Assembly (NCBI GenBank): GCA_020137815.1 | Contig: CM035351.1 | Location: 5,394,001-5,458,000, forward strand | Origin: Hormiphora californensis | Taxonomy: Eukaryota > Animalia > Ctenophora | DNA: 64,000 bases | Reading direction: 5' to 3' | Shown here: piece after piece, positions 13,577-24,695 of the stretch | Position numbering within the stretch: position 1 is the stretch's first letter | Layout of the letters: each line of letters starts with the position of its first letter | Program-made: the position numbers and the translations under genes | The notes under the pieces: model-generated | The model's database searches: none | The model's input: the letters and a program-made list of their open reading frames with translations, nothing else | Told to the model about the DNA's origin: nothing

Positions 13577-16500
13577 ATGCTACACCATCTGCTATCTTTT
13601 CTTCTTTTAATCCTCACATCATCTACATCAACATCATCTACAATATCCTGGCTGCAGTTTGTTCACCAGTTTCAAAACCAGTTGACTCTCAACTCGAGCA
13701 TCTCAACGGTACCCATGTGCAGCACATGGATTTCGAACAATTACCAAATCCCACCCTCCCTAAACCGGACACTTCGCAACTTGGAGCGGTGGGGGCAGCA
13801 CTGTGTGAATGAGGTCGATTGCATCAGGGGGAGTATATCCTTTCAAAACCAGGAGTTGACTATTACCGATCAGTTAGATGCGGGGGTTAGGAGGCTAGTA
13901 CTGGAGTTACATTATGTATCAAGGTTTAGAGAGCATCTTCGTCTGTGTGCTTCAGTTCAAAGTAAGTGTTTGTTTGTTTTTCTGCCTGTCTGTTTGTCTG
14001 TTTGTCTGTTTGTTTGTCTATTTGTTTGTCTGTTTGTTTGTTTGTTTGTCTGTCTGTCTATTGATTTGTCTGTCTATTGATTTGCCTGTCTGTTTGTCTG
14101 ACTATATGTCTGTCTATTGGTTTGTCTGTTTGTTTGTCTTGATGACCGTGTTTAATAGGTTTGTTATCTGCACTGCACCTGCAGTGGCCCCTTAATTTTA
14201 ATTTGTAACTGTGCACCCTCGTCCCCCCTCCACAGTAGTTTGTGTCTGCAACTGAGAGCCGCTACCTTCTCTGCCTCTCACTTCCAACTTTCTTCAGATG
14301 AGTGTGACGCAATGAAGAAATCATTGAGAATTAGGTCTTCCTCATCGAGGAGACGATCTAAGAAGTATAACTGGTGCAGGAAGTTCTCACTCCGCGCTAA
14401 TGGGGTTCATACGGGATGTCACAAGGTTCGTTATATAGTGGAATAAGAAATTATCCGATTTGATACTGATCACCAAATTGCCCCTGATATGATACCCTCA
14501 ATTGGACAATTTGGACAATTTATCAGCCAAATATTCACTCTTTATTACTCCTCGGGACAAAACATTACATATTACATACCAGATTTCTTGAATTTAAAAG
14601 GACTTACTACACTTCAGGGTTCACCAGTGTTTCGAGATTACTGTTCGAGAACTGATAAGGTGGATGAATCAAAACCAGGAAGAGTTTATAGTGGTAGATC
14701 TGATAGACTTCGTATCCATGGAGACGAGTTGTAAAAGTCTTCCCGAGTTGAGGGCCCTGTTAAAGCTGTTCGGGTCGAGGCTATTGAAACCAGCTGATGT
14801 TAAGGTAGGGGACTGTTCGTTTTCAATCGCCATTTACAAGGGGTGCTTTCCTTAATGTTGGTTTATTTTTCTGAGGCTCTAAAACACAAGTACAGTCGGA
14901 CCCCGATTTAGGGACACCCTCGGGGGAAGGCTCTTGTCCACTAAATCGGGGTGTCCACTAAATCGGGGTCAAATAAGGTTAATTTCCTATATCAGGGAAA
15001 AAATCCTGTCCCTAAATCGGGGTCCGACTGTATAACGGTCACATCATAGCTGTGATGTGACACTCTTGCTTTTCTGTCGTCTTCTCTCTAGATAGAACGC
15101 CACCAGCTTCCCCTCCTTGGGTGAGCTCCGAGACCAAGGGAAGAATATTATGGTGAGATCTACCTGTACCTTTGGAGGAGAGTTCCTGTTCCCCGCTCAG
15201 ACCACCGACTGTAAGTTGTTCCTGTCATCCCCTCCCTATAATCTGTAAGATGTTCCTTATGTTATGTCCCACTAAATCGTTCTTTCCCATCCCTATATTT
15301 TCGAAGTTGTTAGGCTATTTTAGGAGATTTCTGACACGTGAATAGGATCACAGTAGCGCTTCTTTCTAGCCGCCCCAAACTCCAAAGTGTCTCTCCCCTA
15401 TGGGTCACACGAAGTGTGGGAATGCGGTTTGCTACTAAAGAATTCTGGGCTCTGGTGAAGAGCGGGTTAAGAATTCCTAGAATAATTAGGTGTTAGGAGA
15501 GGGATATATTCGGCCAAATATATACCCTGACAACTAGGCATATTCCCTCCTCTCTATCCTTCCATACCTAGTTCTCTCTCTCCCTCATCTCTCTCTGCAT
15601 CCCTCTCTATTGCTGCCACTAACGTGATCTCCCTGCATTTCTCACTAATATATTACCCTAGACGTCAATGTTAAGAGTATCAGTGCTGCAGGGCGGTCTC
15701 CAGCAGAAAGGGTGTCATGCTCCCCAGACCTTCAGCAGTCATTCTCTCTCTTCTACTACGATAAAATTAATGTGAGTAATATGTCATCAATTATAGTTCT
15801 CAATAGTTTAAAGTGTGTAATCCTTTTGGTAGTTTCAGTAACTGTTGGCGATGTACTTAAAGGTCCTCCCAAACTATTATGATTATGTCCCTTGCTGCGC
15901 GCGACCGGATTTTAGACAGCCATAGCTCCACCCCTTGATGAGATAGAGACTTGAAATTTGTTTTGTAAGGAGATCATGTCGAGTTCTTCCTACAAAACAA
16001 ATTTCAAGTCTTTATCTCATCAGGGAGTGGAGTTATGACCGTGGGAAATTTCACAAAACCCGAGTGAGGGACATATTAGTTTGGGGTGTACTTTAGTTGG
16101 GATTGATTCCGGCCTATGTGTGTTGGGAAATGGGAATTGTGACATTGTGTTAGTTTTGTAGCAAGATTTGGAAGGTATGCAAGTCTTCTAAAGGTTTAGC
16201 CGCTGCTGCAGCAATATTAGGGCACTAAGAGGTGCTAACCTAATCCAAATCGAATATATTCCATTGCTTGTGTGAGCCCTAGTGGCCCTTGAGACCCCTA
16301 TCATTTATGGGCGGTACTCCTTTATAAATCTTTCTCCCTACTAGGTGCTCCTTTATAAAACCTTCTCTCCCCTGCTAGGTAGACCTAATCCTGCGAAGGG
16401 GGGCCGAGGTTAAACTGTACAGATCTCCATCTCAGCCTACCAAGGGATTGGCACAACGACTTGCCACCTGTGGTACACCAGTTGCCCTTCAGGCGACCTC

Positions 16501-16614
16501 TCTCTCCAATCTGTTTAGTAAGCGTTTATACCACTACTGATCTGTTATTGAGTTACCATGAAACCAGCGACTAGTTGACGCTGTCCCTGCATCTCTCTCT
16601 TTACTTCTCTATCA

Positions 16615-16672
<58 letters not shown>

Positions 16673-18905
16673 TTCTAACTACCCTCTTTTCAGGCTGTAG
16701 CTGGACCTGGTTGCCCCACCATTCTAACACCAATTGCAGCCAGGGATGTACTGCCTTCCGATTTGATAGCCAAACTGAGAGCTATGGATGGGTCAACACA
16801 AACTGCACAAAGAAGCTGCATTTAGCATGTAGGAGCAGGGCTGGCCGATTTGTGGTGTCTCCTAACTACTACAGGATACCTAATTCTGGGACAGGAGATG
16901 AACTTTGTCAACGGTCCGGACATACATTTGCTATTCCTCGCAATCCAAAGTAAAGGAAGAAAAAGATAAACATTCGGCTTTTTTCTTTAGATATCCTAGA
17001 GCCAATCTTGATACTGGACATATCCTAATTTCACCTACTCATTTCAGTGAGGCAGCACAGCTAGCTCAACAGATGTGGTACCATGGTTTAGCATTCGTCT
17101 GGTTACCCCGTACTCAACATACTACTTGCACCGACAAAGGCATGCGTTTAAATCCACTCTCTCATTGTCTTTTTTACAATTCGACATAAGAGATATTGTC
17201 TTCCTCTTTGAGAGAATTTGTTTAAACTCCATGTCCTCTATTGTGTGACGCATCCCATTCAAACTCTATTTTAACCTACATTCCCTCTCTCTTTAGTGAG
17301 TTATATCGACTGCGGTGAGCCTGATATCCCTAACAATGGTCAGATAGAGACTGACAGCTACTGGTTCGACTCCATAGCCCGGTATTCCTGTGATGCAGGC
17401 TGGGATCTGATAGGAGAGCGAGAGAGGATGTGTCTGTCAAATGGAAGCTGGAGTGGGAGCCCGCCGCAGTGTGAACGTGAGTGGTAGTGAACCGCAGAAT
17501 GCTGTTGTAGCGGATTAGAGCGTGCAAGTGGTCGCGTGGGGGGGGGGGGTGAGAGAAGAAGAGAGAGAGATGGAGACACTCTCTATCTCTCTGATAGAGA
17601 GAAGAAATGAAAGGGTGATATCTTGCTACTTGCGAAAATACTTCTGCACATAGGCCGCGACTATGGTAATAATATCCATATGGACATATGATACTGCAGA
17701 TATGAAGTCCTTGTTACCATATATGGAAATAACAAGCAATTCTCTCCAGGTGTGGACTGTGGACCACCTCCCCATCCCCTGCAAACTCGGATTCTAGGAA
17801 CTTCCACTGATTACGGGAGTGTATTCTACTACACGTGTAACTGGGCCCACGTGTTCGATGGACAATCCTCCACTGCCTATATAATAACCCGCTGTGGGCA
17901 GGATGGGAGATGGGATACTTTTGTACCTAACTGTATCGGTAAGTTAACAGTGATCAAACAACTAGAAACTCGTTATTGGAACCCTCTGGTTCATACACCG
18001 GTTTTATTAACTTTACTTCCTTGAAGCTAGTTCAAAACGTGTACGATATGTTCCATATAACCCCCTGTTTGTCTCCCCCAATAGAACAACAATGTGAAGT
18101 GGGACAGTGGAGTGAGTGGAGTAAATGTAGTGACTCCTGCGAGGACGGCTACCAAACACGGACCAGAACCATTATCAGCCAGAATGGTCAGAACTGCCCA
18201 ACTACAACAGACAGGAGGAGGTGTGCTGCGAGGAGGTGTGATACGTGTGTGGGACGGAGGTATTCGAGGAGGGTTGAGGTTGACGATTGTAAGAGCCAGG
18301 AAAAAGTATCAAACTTGGTAAGTCTTGCTTTAGCAGTATCTACCCCATGCAGCAGCTGTCCCGAATTCTCTGAATCTCTAACTAGCACCGACCTCTCCTA
18401 AATCATCCAACTAAACTCAACCAACCCCATTTACAGTGGTGTAATGGTTCCTGTCCCCAAGAAGGGCTCTGCTGTAAGGCTACAGCTGTATCTACAAAAC
18501 GTCTCACTCTATTTTGTGAGGATTCTAGACCACGACAATACGAAGAGAAGGTATGTATGGAGTCCCTACTCCCCGTGTCCCTGTATGATGTATGGTTCTA
18601 CTGTGCATGGTGCCACCAAATTTTCACAGCGTGATTCTTCCAGTACAATATGCAAACTGTCTTGTTCAGACTCTCTCTCATGTAGCATAAATGAAACCAG
18701 TCTGAATTTTGCTTTACTGACTGTTGTATCACAGAGATAGACATGCGCCAAGTCTGCCGCTTATTTAGGGGGGGGGGGTGCTAAATTAGGTTAACTGCTG
18801 CACCTCCTAATTTCGTTACCAAGTCCCTTTATAGACCCCGTCAGTGACATTTCTCTCTTTCTACAGATAACGGAAGAATGTGGGTGTGTACAGTGTGCCC
18901 GGTGA
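13577..18905 (+). CDS. Secreted mosaic protein: signal peptide + PLC-like (PI-PLC X-type) domain + lectin-like Cys module + 2 Sushi/CCP + TSP1 + C-terminal cystine knot
   Basis: Exons ~13577-13961 (signal peptide; NQELTITDQLDAGVRRLVLELH), 14298-14425, ~14618/14628-14804 (RWMNQNQEEFIVV), 15096-15210 (FPSLGELRDQGK), 15662-15771, 16379-16517, 16694-16949 (WTW..C..W..C..LAC..C..FAIP), 17048-17140 (VWLP), 17297-17477 and 17750-17938 (Sushi), 18084-18317 (WSEWSKCSDSC..RTR, TSP1), 18437-18550 (CNGSC..CC..C), 18867-18905 (EECGC..stop). Splice phases are consistent except for an ambiguity at exon 3. Confidence 0.85.
14893..15030. mobile_element. Tc1/mariner-type MITE (138 bp)
   Basis: TIR cagtcggaccccgattta...taaatcggggtccgactg flanked by TA on both sides. 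Confidence 0.92.
15858..16095. mobile_element. MITE with TAAAG...CTTTA termini and internal palindrome; inverted second copy at 25722-25953
   Basis: Subterminal IR cccaaacta..atgtccct; internal hairpin gagacttgaaatttgttttgta...tacaaaacaaatttcaagtc; near-identical reverse-complement copy at 25.7 kb. Confidence 0.9.
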
Positions 18906-19635
18906 CAGACCTATTCGCTGCTTAGCTGATGGACTCTATATCTACAGTGGAGAAAGAGAGATCTAAGATCTGTGATACACAATTCTTATACAATTAATGG
19001 ATTAGGTCAAAGAGGGACAGTAGGAAAAGATACTATGTACAATCTATGACTTACGTGATTTATATTCAATGGAAACTGAACTGGTCATCAAAAACCATAC
19101 ACTTTGGAGAGAGAATTTTTTGGTTTTTGCTGATTAAATTTCCATACTTCTAGGTGAAGTAAATTAAGTAAACTAAAGACGTTTTTAAGAAAGTCAGAAA
19201 TCGGCTATGGTTTTTATTCGTGCCCCACGATTCTAGCTGTTTTCCATACCGAGAAAAAAATCGATACATTTGAACGAATGTTATTAATTCAGATTTCGCT
19301 TCATAAACTTCCGAGTTTTGATTTGACAAAAAAGAAGCCTATTTCTCAGTCCTAATTAGGACGCCGTGCTAACCAGGTTTCTTTTCACAGTTTGTTCCGT
19401 CTCGTATTATAGTCCTCCTACTACAAGTCAGGGCGATAATTGTTGCTTGGATTTTGGGATTCTAATAAATCGGGGTCCGACTGTACATTGGCGCTTGTCG
19501 GCGCTCAAACAAGAGATGTCTATACATGTGAGCCGTGCGTGTACTTGTATTTTGTATAAACGCGCGAAGTCGACCACAAAAACACTTCGCGCGTTCCAAA
19601 CATGACATGAGGGACTTCTTAGAAATAGCAAATCA

Positions 19636-19857
19636 TTGTCAACGACCGGTGGACTTGGTCAAGAGTTCAGCAGAACTCTGAAGCAACTCGCAACCAAGAA
19701 ATCGCGGAAAACTGGCTATACCTACCAGGAGTGTATTCGATACCTCCGTGTTCGTCTATCATTTTCAATGGTCCGCTCCATAACCTGTTCTATTCGGGGT
19801 TACAGAGGAAAGAACAAGAATGATGGCTCTTCATCAGATCTGTACCATACATACTAG
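19636..19857 (+). mobile_element. 5'-truncated fragment of an RLE-type (CRE/NeSL-like) non-LTR retrotransposon, C-terminal end
   Basis: STTGGLGQEF..LKQLA..YLRVRLSFSMVRS..IRGYR matches the C-terminal segment typical of RLE-bearing LINE ORFs. A solo Tc1-MITE TIR lies upstream at 19466-19483. Confidence 0.75.
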
Positions 19858-20450
19858 TCTTTAACTGTTGCATGTATTTTATGTGATTTTCTTCGTGTAG
19901 CCGGTCAGGCAAAAACAATTTATATATACATTGACATTGTTAGGCCAGATGCATGTGGCTTCTTTTATTATAATTTTATTCTTTTCTTAATTTTAATCAT
20001 TGTCTCACAAATGTGCCCACTGCCCATTTCTGATTCCACAGCGGCTATGAAATGGGTTTATCAAGTGTTAAACTCTCACATAGCATTGGTTACGAAGTCA
20101 CCCCTATTATTGCATACTAACAGTGAGCTTTCGCTGAAACACATAGCACTTCATAGCAAATTTACCAGGATTCTCGGGGGAAAGGGTTTTAAAGTTATAC
20201 TGATAACAATCAAATTATATATAAACACACTGTGCCCGGTAAGTCCTACTATATATCCTTTAGTATGACAAATCTTGCTGTGATTTGAATCAGCAGGAAC
20301 ACATTTTGATGGGGTTGAAACTTGGGGGAGACCTTTTCACCAAATGTAATGTGTATAAATTTCCACGGGAACCTCCTGGCCTTGTTGGCACACTAAACCC
20401 AGCTAATTAGCTCTTTTGAACTCACGGTATGATTTTACCAAAAAGTAAGG

Positions 20451-21228
20451 GTACTCCTATCTGTTGCTTCAATATAATGTTCAGGATGGGGATGCGGCAG
20501 AAATCATGTTTGATAAACGTAAGTCTCAATTATTCAGTTACTGAATGTAACATCTAATGTGTATAAATTTCCACAGGAACTCTTGTTAGCACACGAAACC
20601 GGCGCTAATTGTGGCGCTAATTGGCTCTTTGAACTCTCTTTTGGAGAAAGGGATGATTTACCAAAAAGCAAGGGCGGTACCACTATTCCACACATCTACC
20701 TATTACATCTAGTTAGGTGCAAACTAGGAATCATACAGAGATGAAAATGTCAGGTTTTAGTATAGTGATAGTATCTTTCGGTTGGCATACCATGTACTTG
20801 GTACCTGGTAAACGTGTCGTATATTCTTTGTTTTAGTTTTTCCACAAGGGCCTTGTCTCAATAACAATGGCCAGTAAACAGATCCACACGGCCGAGTATT
20901 GAGGTACTTTCATCGTCTCATCGACATGAGAGCTGTTTTTAAAGCGCCCACACGTGCTTTTAGCTGCGTACACAGGTGTGTAAGCAAGTTAAACAACGCA
21001 TCACTAGTACCCTTGTTTTGTGTCGTAACGTGTTGATATATGGCAAACTACCATAACCACCAGAGGAAAACCAGGCTTCAGGAACTTCCCACGACCACCC
21101 TAATTGGCGGGTTAACATTCCTGATCCTAACACTGTACTCCTATCTGTTGCTTCAATATAATGTTCAGGATGGGGATGCGGCAGAAATTATGTTTGATAA
21201 ACGTAAGTCTCAATTATTCAGTTACTGA
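20451..21228. repeat. ~93-bp dispersed direct repeat (20451-20543 and 21136-21228)
   Basis: gtactcctatctgttgcttcaatataatgttcaggatggggatgcggcagaaat(c/t)atgtttgataaacgtaagtctcaattattcagttactga present twice. Confidence 0.9.
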
Positions 21229-21586
21229 CTGTAACATCGTGCACACAGCCGAACCGGGCCTTCGGCCCGCTGCGGAGAGGACTTTTACACACATGATACA
21301 CCTAATGCATGTTGCTTATAGGCCAAAATATCCGTCATCAGATCACATCCCACCCAAGTTCAATCAGATCTCACATACTACCCATCAGGTACTGTTCGTG
21401 ATGTGATCCCCCTTATTGAGAGTGATAGATAGAATAAGACAGAGATAGAAAAAGTTAGAATCAAAGAGAAATGCAACGATTTTACAGTATGTACTTATCT
21501 CGACCAAAACGCGGAGTTTTTACGTCAGCCGACCCGAAACCGGATTAAATTTGGCCACCCGCTGGTCTCATTCTGGGTCATTTGAA

Positions 21587-22446
21587 TCTTTTAGTTACAT
21601 GTAATTACCCTTTAATTACATGTAATTACATTTTAATTACATGTAATTAATTCCAATTACATTTAACTACAGTCGGACCCCGATTTACCGGGCCCCAATT
21701 TACCGGAACGCCGATTTACCGGGAGGATAAACTTCCCCCGGTATAGGAAATTAACAGTATTTCACCCCGATATACCGTGTACCCCGAATTACCGGGCAAA
21801 ATCCTTTCCCCCAAGCATCCCGGTAAATCGGGGTCCGACTGTACTTCCAATTACATTCCAATTACTTCAGTACCTCGAGAGCTTTCGAACGCACCCTAGA
21901 AAATCTTTCTACTCCTTCTAATTGCCGAGATCTGCATACCCCTTATTTTGCCTGTTTTTCGCGTCCTACCCCTTATGGGTTTGAGTACGGCCATCGCCGC
22001 ACCCCCTATACGTCGCGGGACCTCGAGAACTTTCCAACGAGCCATAGAACACCTCTCTACTACTTCAGGGGGCTTCAAAACTTTCACTCTCAAAATATCT
22101 ATGGTTTATGGTTTTATGGTTTTGCGGTTTATGGTTTTTTTCCATCTGGTATTAAGGGCCTTTCGGCTCGGCCCCGTTGTTTTTAGGGGGGATGGGTTGT
22201 GTTTATTTTCGGGTCGGGGGGCCTTGCCAGGCCCCGAATATTCAATTAAGAACAGGAGCTTTCGGCTATGTCAGTCGTCTTCAGCTATAACAACAATGAA
22301 AAATGAAAGTGTTTATGTAGTGGAGAGGGGGATATGGGATCCGGGGAGGGGAGAGGGAGAAAGAGTTAGACATAGAAAGAGAGAGTGTGTGTGTGAGAGA
22401 GCAACGATCAGCCCTTTTCGGCCGAAGGCCGAATTGCATCCACTAG
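21587..22446 (+). mobile_element. Non-autonomous Helitron-like element (5' boundary uncertain)
   Basis: 3' hairpin ttcggcc-gaa-ggccgaa (22417-22433) followed by CTAG|T at 22443-22447; candidate A|TC start at 21587. The internal segment 22185-22240 recurs inverted at ~25090-25150. Confidence 0.6.
21670..21841. mobile_element. Tc1/mariner-type MITE (172 bp), same TIR as 14893-15030, nested in the Helitron-like element
   Basis: TA|cagtcggaccccgattta...taaatcggggtccgactg|TA. Confidence 0.92.
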
Positions 22447-22849
22447 TATGAGACAATTACTGATCTGTGCATAATTCTATATATCTGGCATAATTCTATA
22501 TCTGGCAATCGGATGGCACTCTGATCTTTCTTCCTAGGGGATCTTTCCTTCAATTCATTTTGTGCATTCCTGGGCTTCTTTCACTCGACTGTGTCTTTCC
22601 TGGGCTCTCACTTGGCCTTTGTAGTTCCCACCCATCTCTCCCTAGGCTTTTCTAGCTGATTTCCTGGGTTGTTGTGCACTATGATCTTTCTCCCTCTTGA
22701 ACCATCTACCATCTAGATCTGTTAGATGAGTCGCTATAGGGAGCCATTTGGTCAGATCAGAGTGCCAGTACGATGTTATTCAGTTCTAAAGTGTGTCAGT
22801 ATCGTGTGTGAAACATAGGTTTGAGTATGTTTATTGGATGACTAGTTTT

Positions 22850-23105
22850 AAAGTAGGATTTTTTGAAGTTGTCACCCCCTGGGAGGCACACTATTTTTTA
22901 TTTGCACGTCAGAAACTTGTTTTGGCTCTCACGCCTTTGTTTCTTGACCAATTTCGTCAAACAAAAATTTTACGGACTCATAATATTATGCTCTTTCCGG
23001 TTATATGCGGCTTTTTGTCGAAAAGTGAGAGCAAGTGAGGGCTGTCACACGCAAATACGACGCCACACGTGAAAGGGGGGTGACAAATTGAAAAAATGAA
23101 TAAAG
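22850..23105. mobile_element. Degenerate MITE
   Basis: Inverted ends ttttgaagttgtcaccccct / aggggggtgacaaattgaaaaaa. Confidence 0.5.
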
Positions 23106-24695
23106 TGAATAGGGAATAGTCAGGCCCATCACTACACGACTTTACCGCATATGAGATACATAGAGTTGTGTAAGGTGTGTTTGGCTCACTAGTGAACATT
23201 TGTAAAATGTTGCGAGTTCGTTGAAGTCTGGTGAGTAGCAACTTATGAGTATTATGGCAGGTTTATCGTATCTTGACAGTTTCTTATAAGTCTGTAACTC
23301 GATAATTCACATCTAAAGGGATACATCCAAGTTTAGTATAATGATGCTTACCTGTCAAATAAACACGTCCCCCTGCAATATATTCTGTAAAGCGTTCACA
23401 ATCCCACATACTAACTGAACGGCCACCCCTCAGTTATTTCATATCACATGGATGACAGGGCTACATTTTTTTTTCATTCTCGTTAATTTAGTCTTCCCTG
23501 CATGTTGATATACTGTGTGTTAACTAAGTGTCTGACAATATTCAATATCCCATCTCATCTAGTGAGAACATAACATTTACACAACGTGGCCATATGCTCA
23601 CTAGATGAGGGATAGCGGAATATCCCTCAAGTCTCAATTTAATCGTTTACACCTTCTTTTTACACTTTATAGTAAGCTGCACGTATACTGTTTATAATAG
23701 TCTGGCATACATGTGCTGCAATTAATTAACATTAATTCTCGGATAAATTTTTCGAATCCACGATTAGTTATCCTCGTATCCACGGTTGTTTATTTGAGTA
23801 GCATCGTATCCCAGATTGGTATCCATTTATCAGCGGTTGATCTCATCAATCGCGGAAGTGAGCTGATACACGGAGAACTAATTCTATCCATCTAATTATA
23901 TCTCACTAGCACTTTCTTCTGATCAAATCTCATCATTTCATTCATGATAGTTTTTTCTTTTATTCACAGTTATTAAAGTTCAACTGAAAATTTTTAATCG
24001 TTATGGTAACCGTCCATCTGATGCTTCTTATTTTTGCAATGTTCACACCACGTACGTGCTGGCCTAGTATAACTGCTGGCCTAGTACTGCTGGGCTCATC
24101 AATCAGGGACAATGTTGCTTGTGATATATATTGTACATGTACAATCTCACTGTGTCTCCCATTCCCTCTCTCTCTCTTTCTTTTTGGCTTGCTGGTTCTA
24201 TTCCCATGTTACACATCCCTCATTAACATTAACAATCAACCTCTATAGTCTCCCTAACTGTACGCAAATATCTAAAGCTTCCATTCCATTGCTGTTGTTT
24301 GTTGTTATTGTTATATTATTGTGGTTATTGAAACCGAAGTGCTCCGTCAAATTAACCGCCCGCATAGCGTTGCCTGCGACGTAGACAGCATTGCATTGAT
24401 TGTTTACTATACACAGAGTATGACTACTTCGCACATATAAGAATCAATTAATGTTAGCGGCCAATATACCGGAGCACCGATGCCACCGGATATCCGCTTT
24501 TCACACCGCGATACGTTTAACACTTGTTCATGTTTACAGGCAGTGTAAATCTCACAATTTTAGTACACTGTTTTCCAGGTGTTCATCGTTGTTCAATAAT
24601 TGTACATTAATTGTTTATCATTTCATGGCACCTCAGCTATATTACATTCAGATTACGTTCATATTTCTAATTTGATTTTCAGTTATGACGCTGTT

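Noticed and set aside
21948-22451. 167-aa ORF
   Set aside because: Lies within the Helitron-like repeat, lacks an ATG start and has no recognisable domain.
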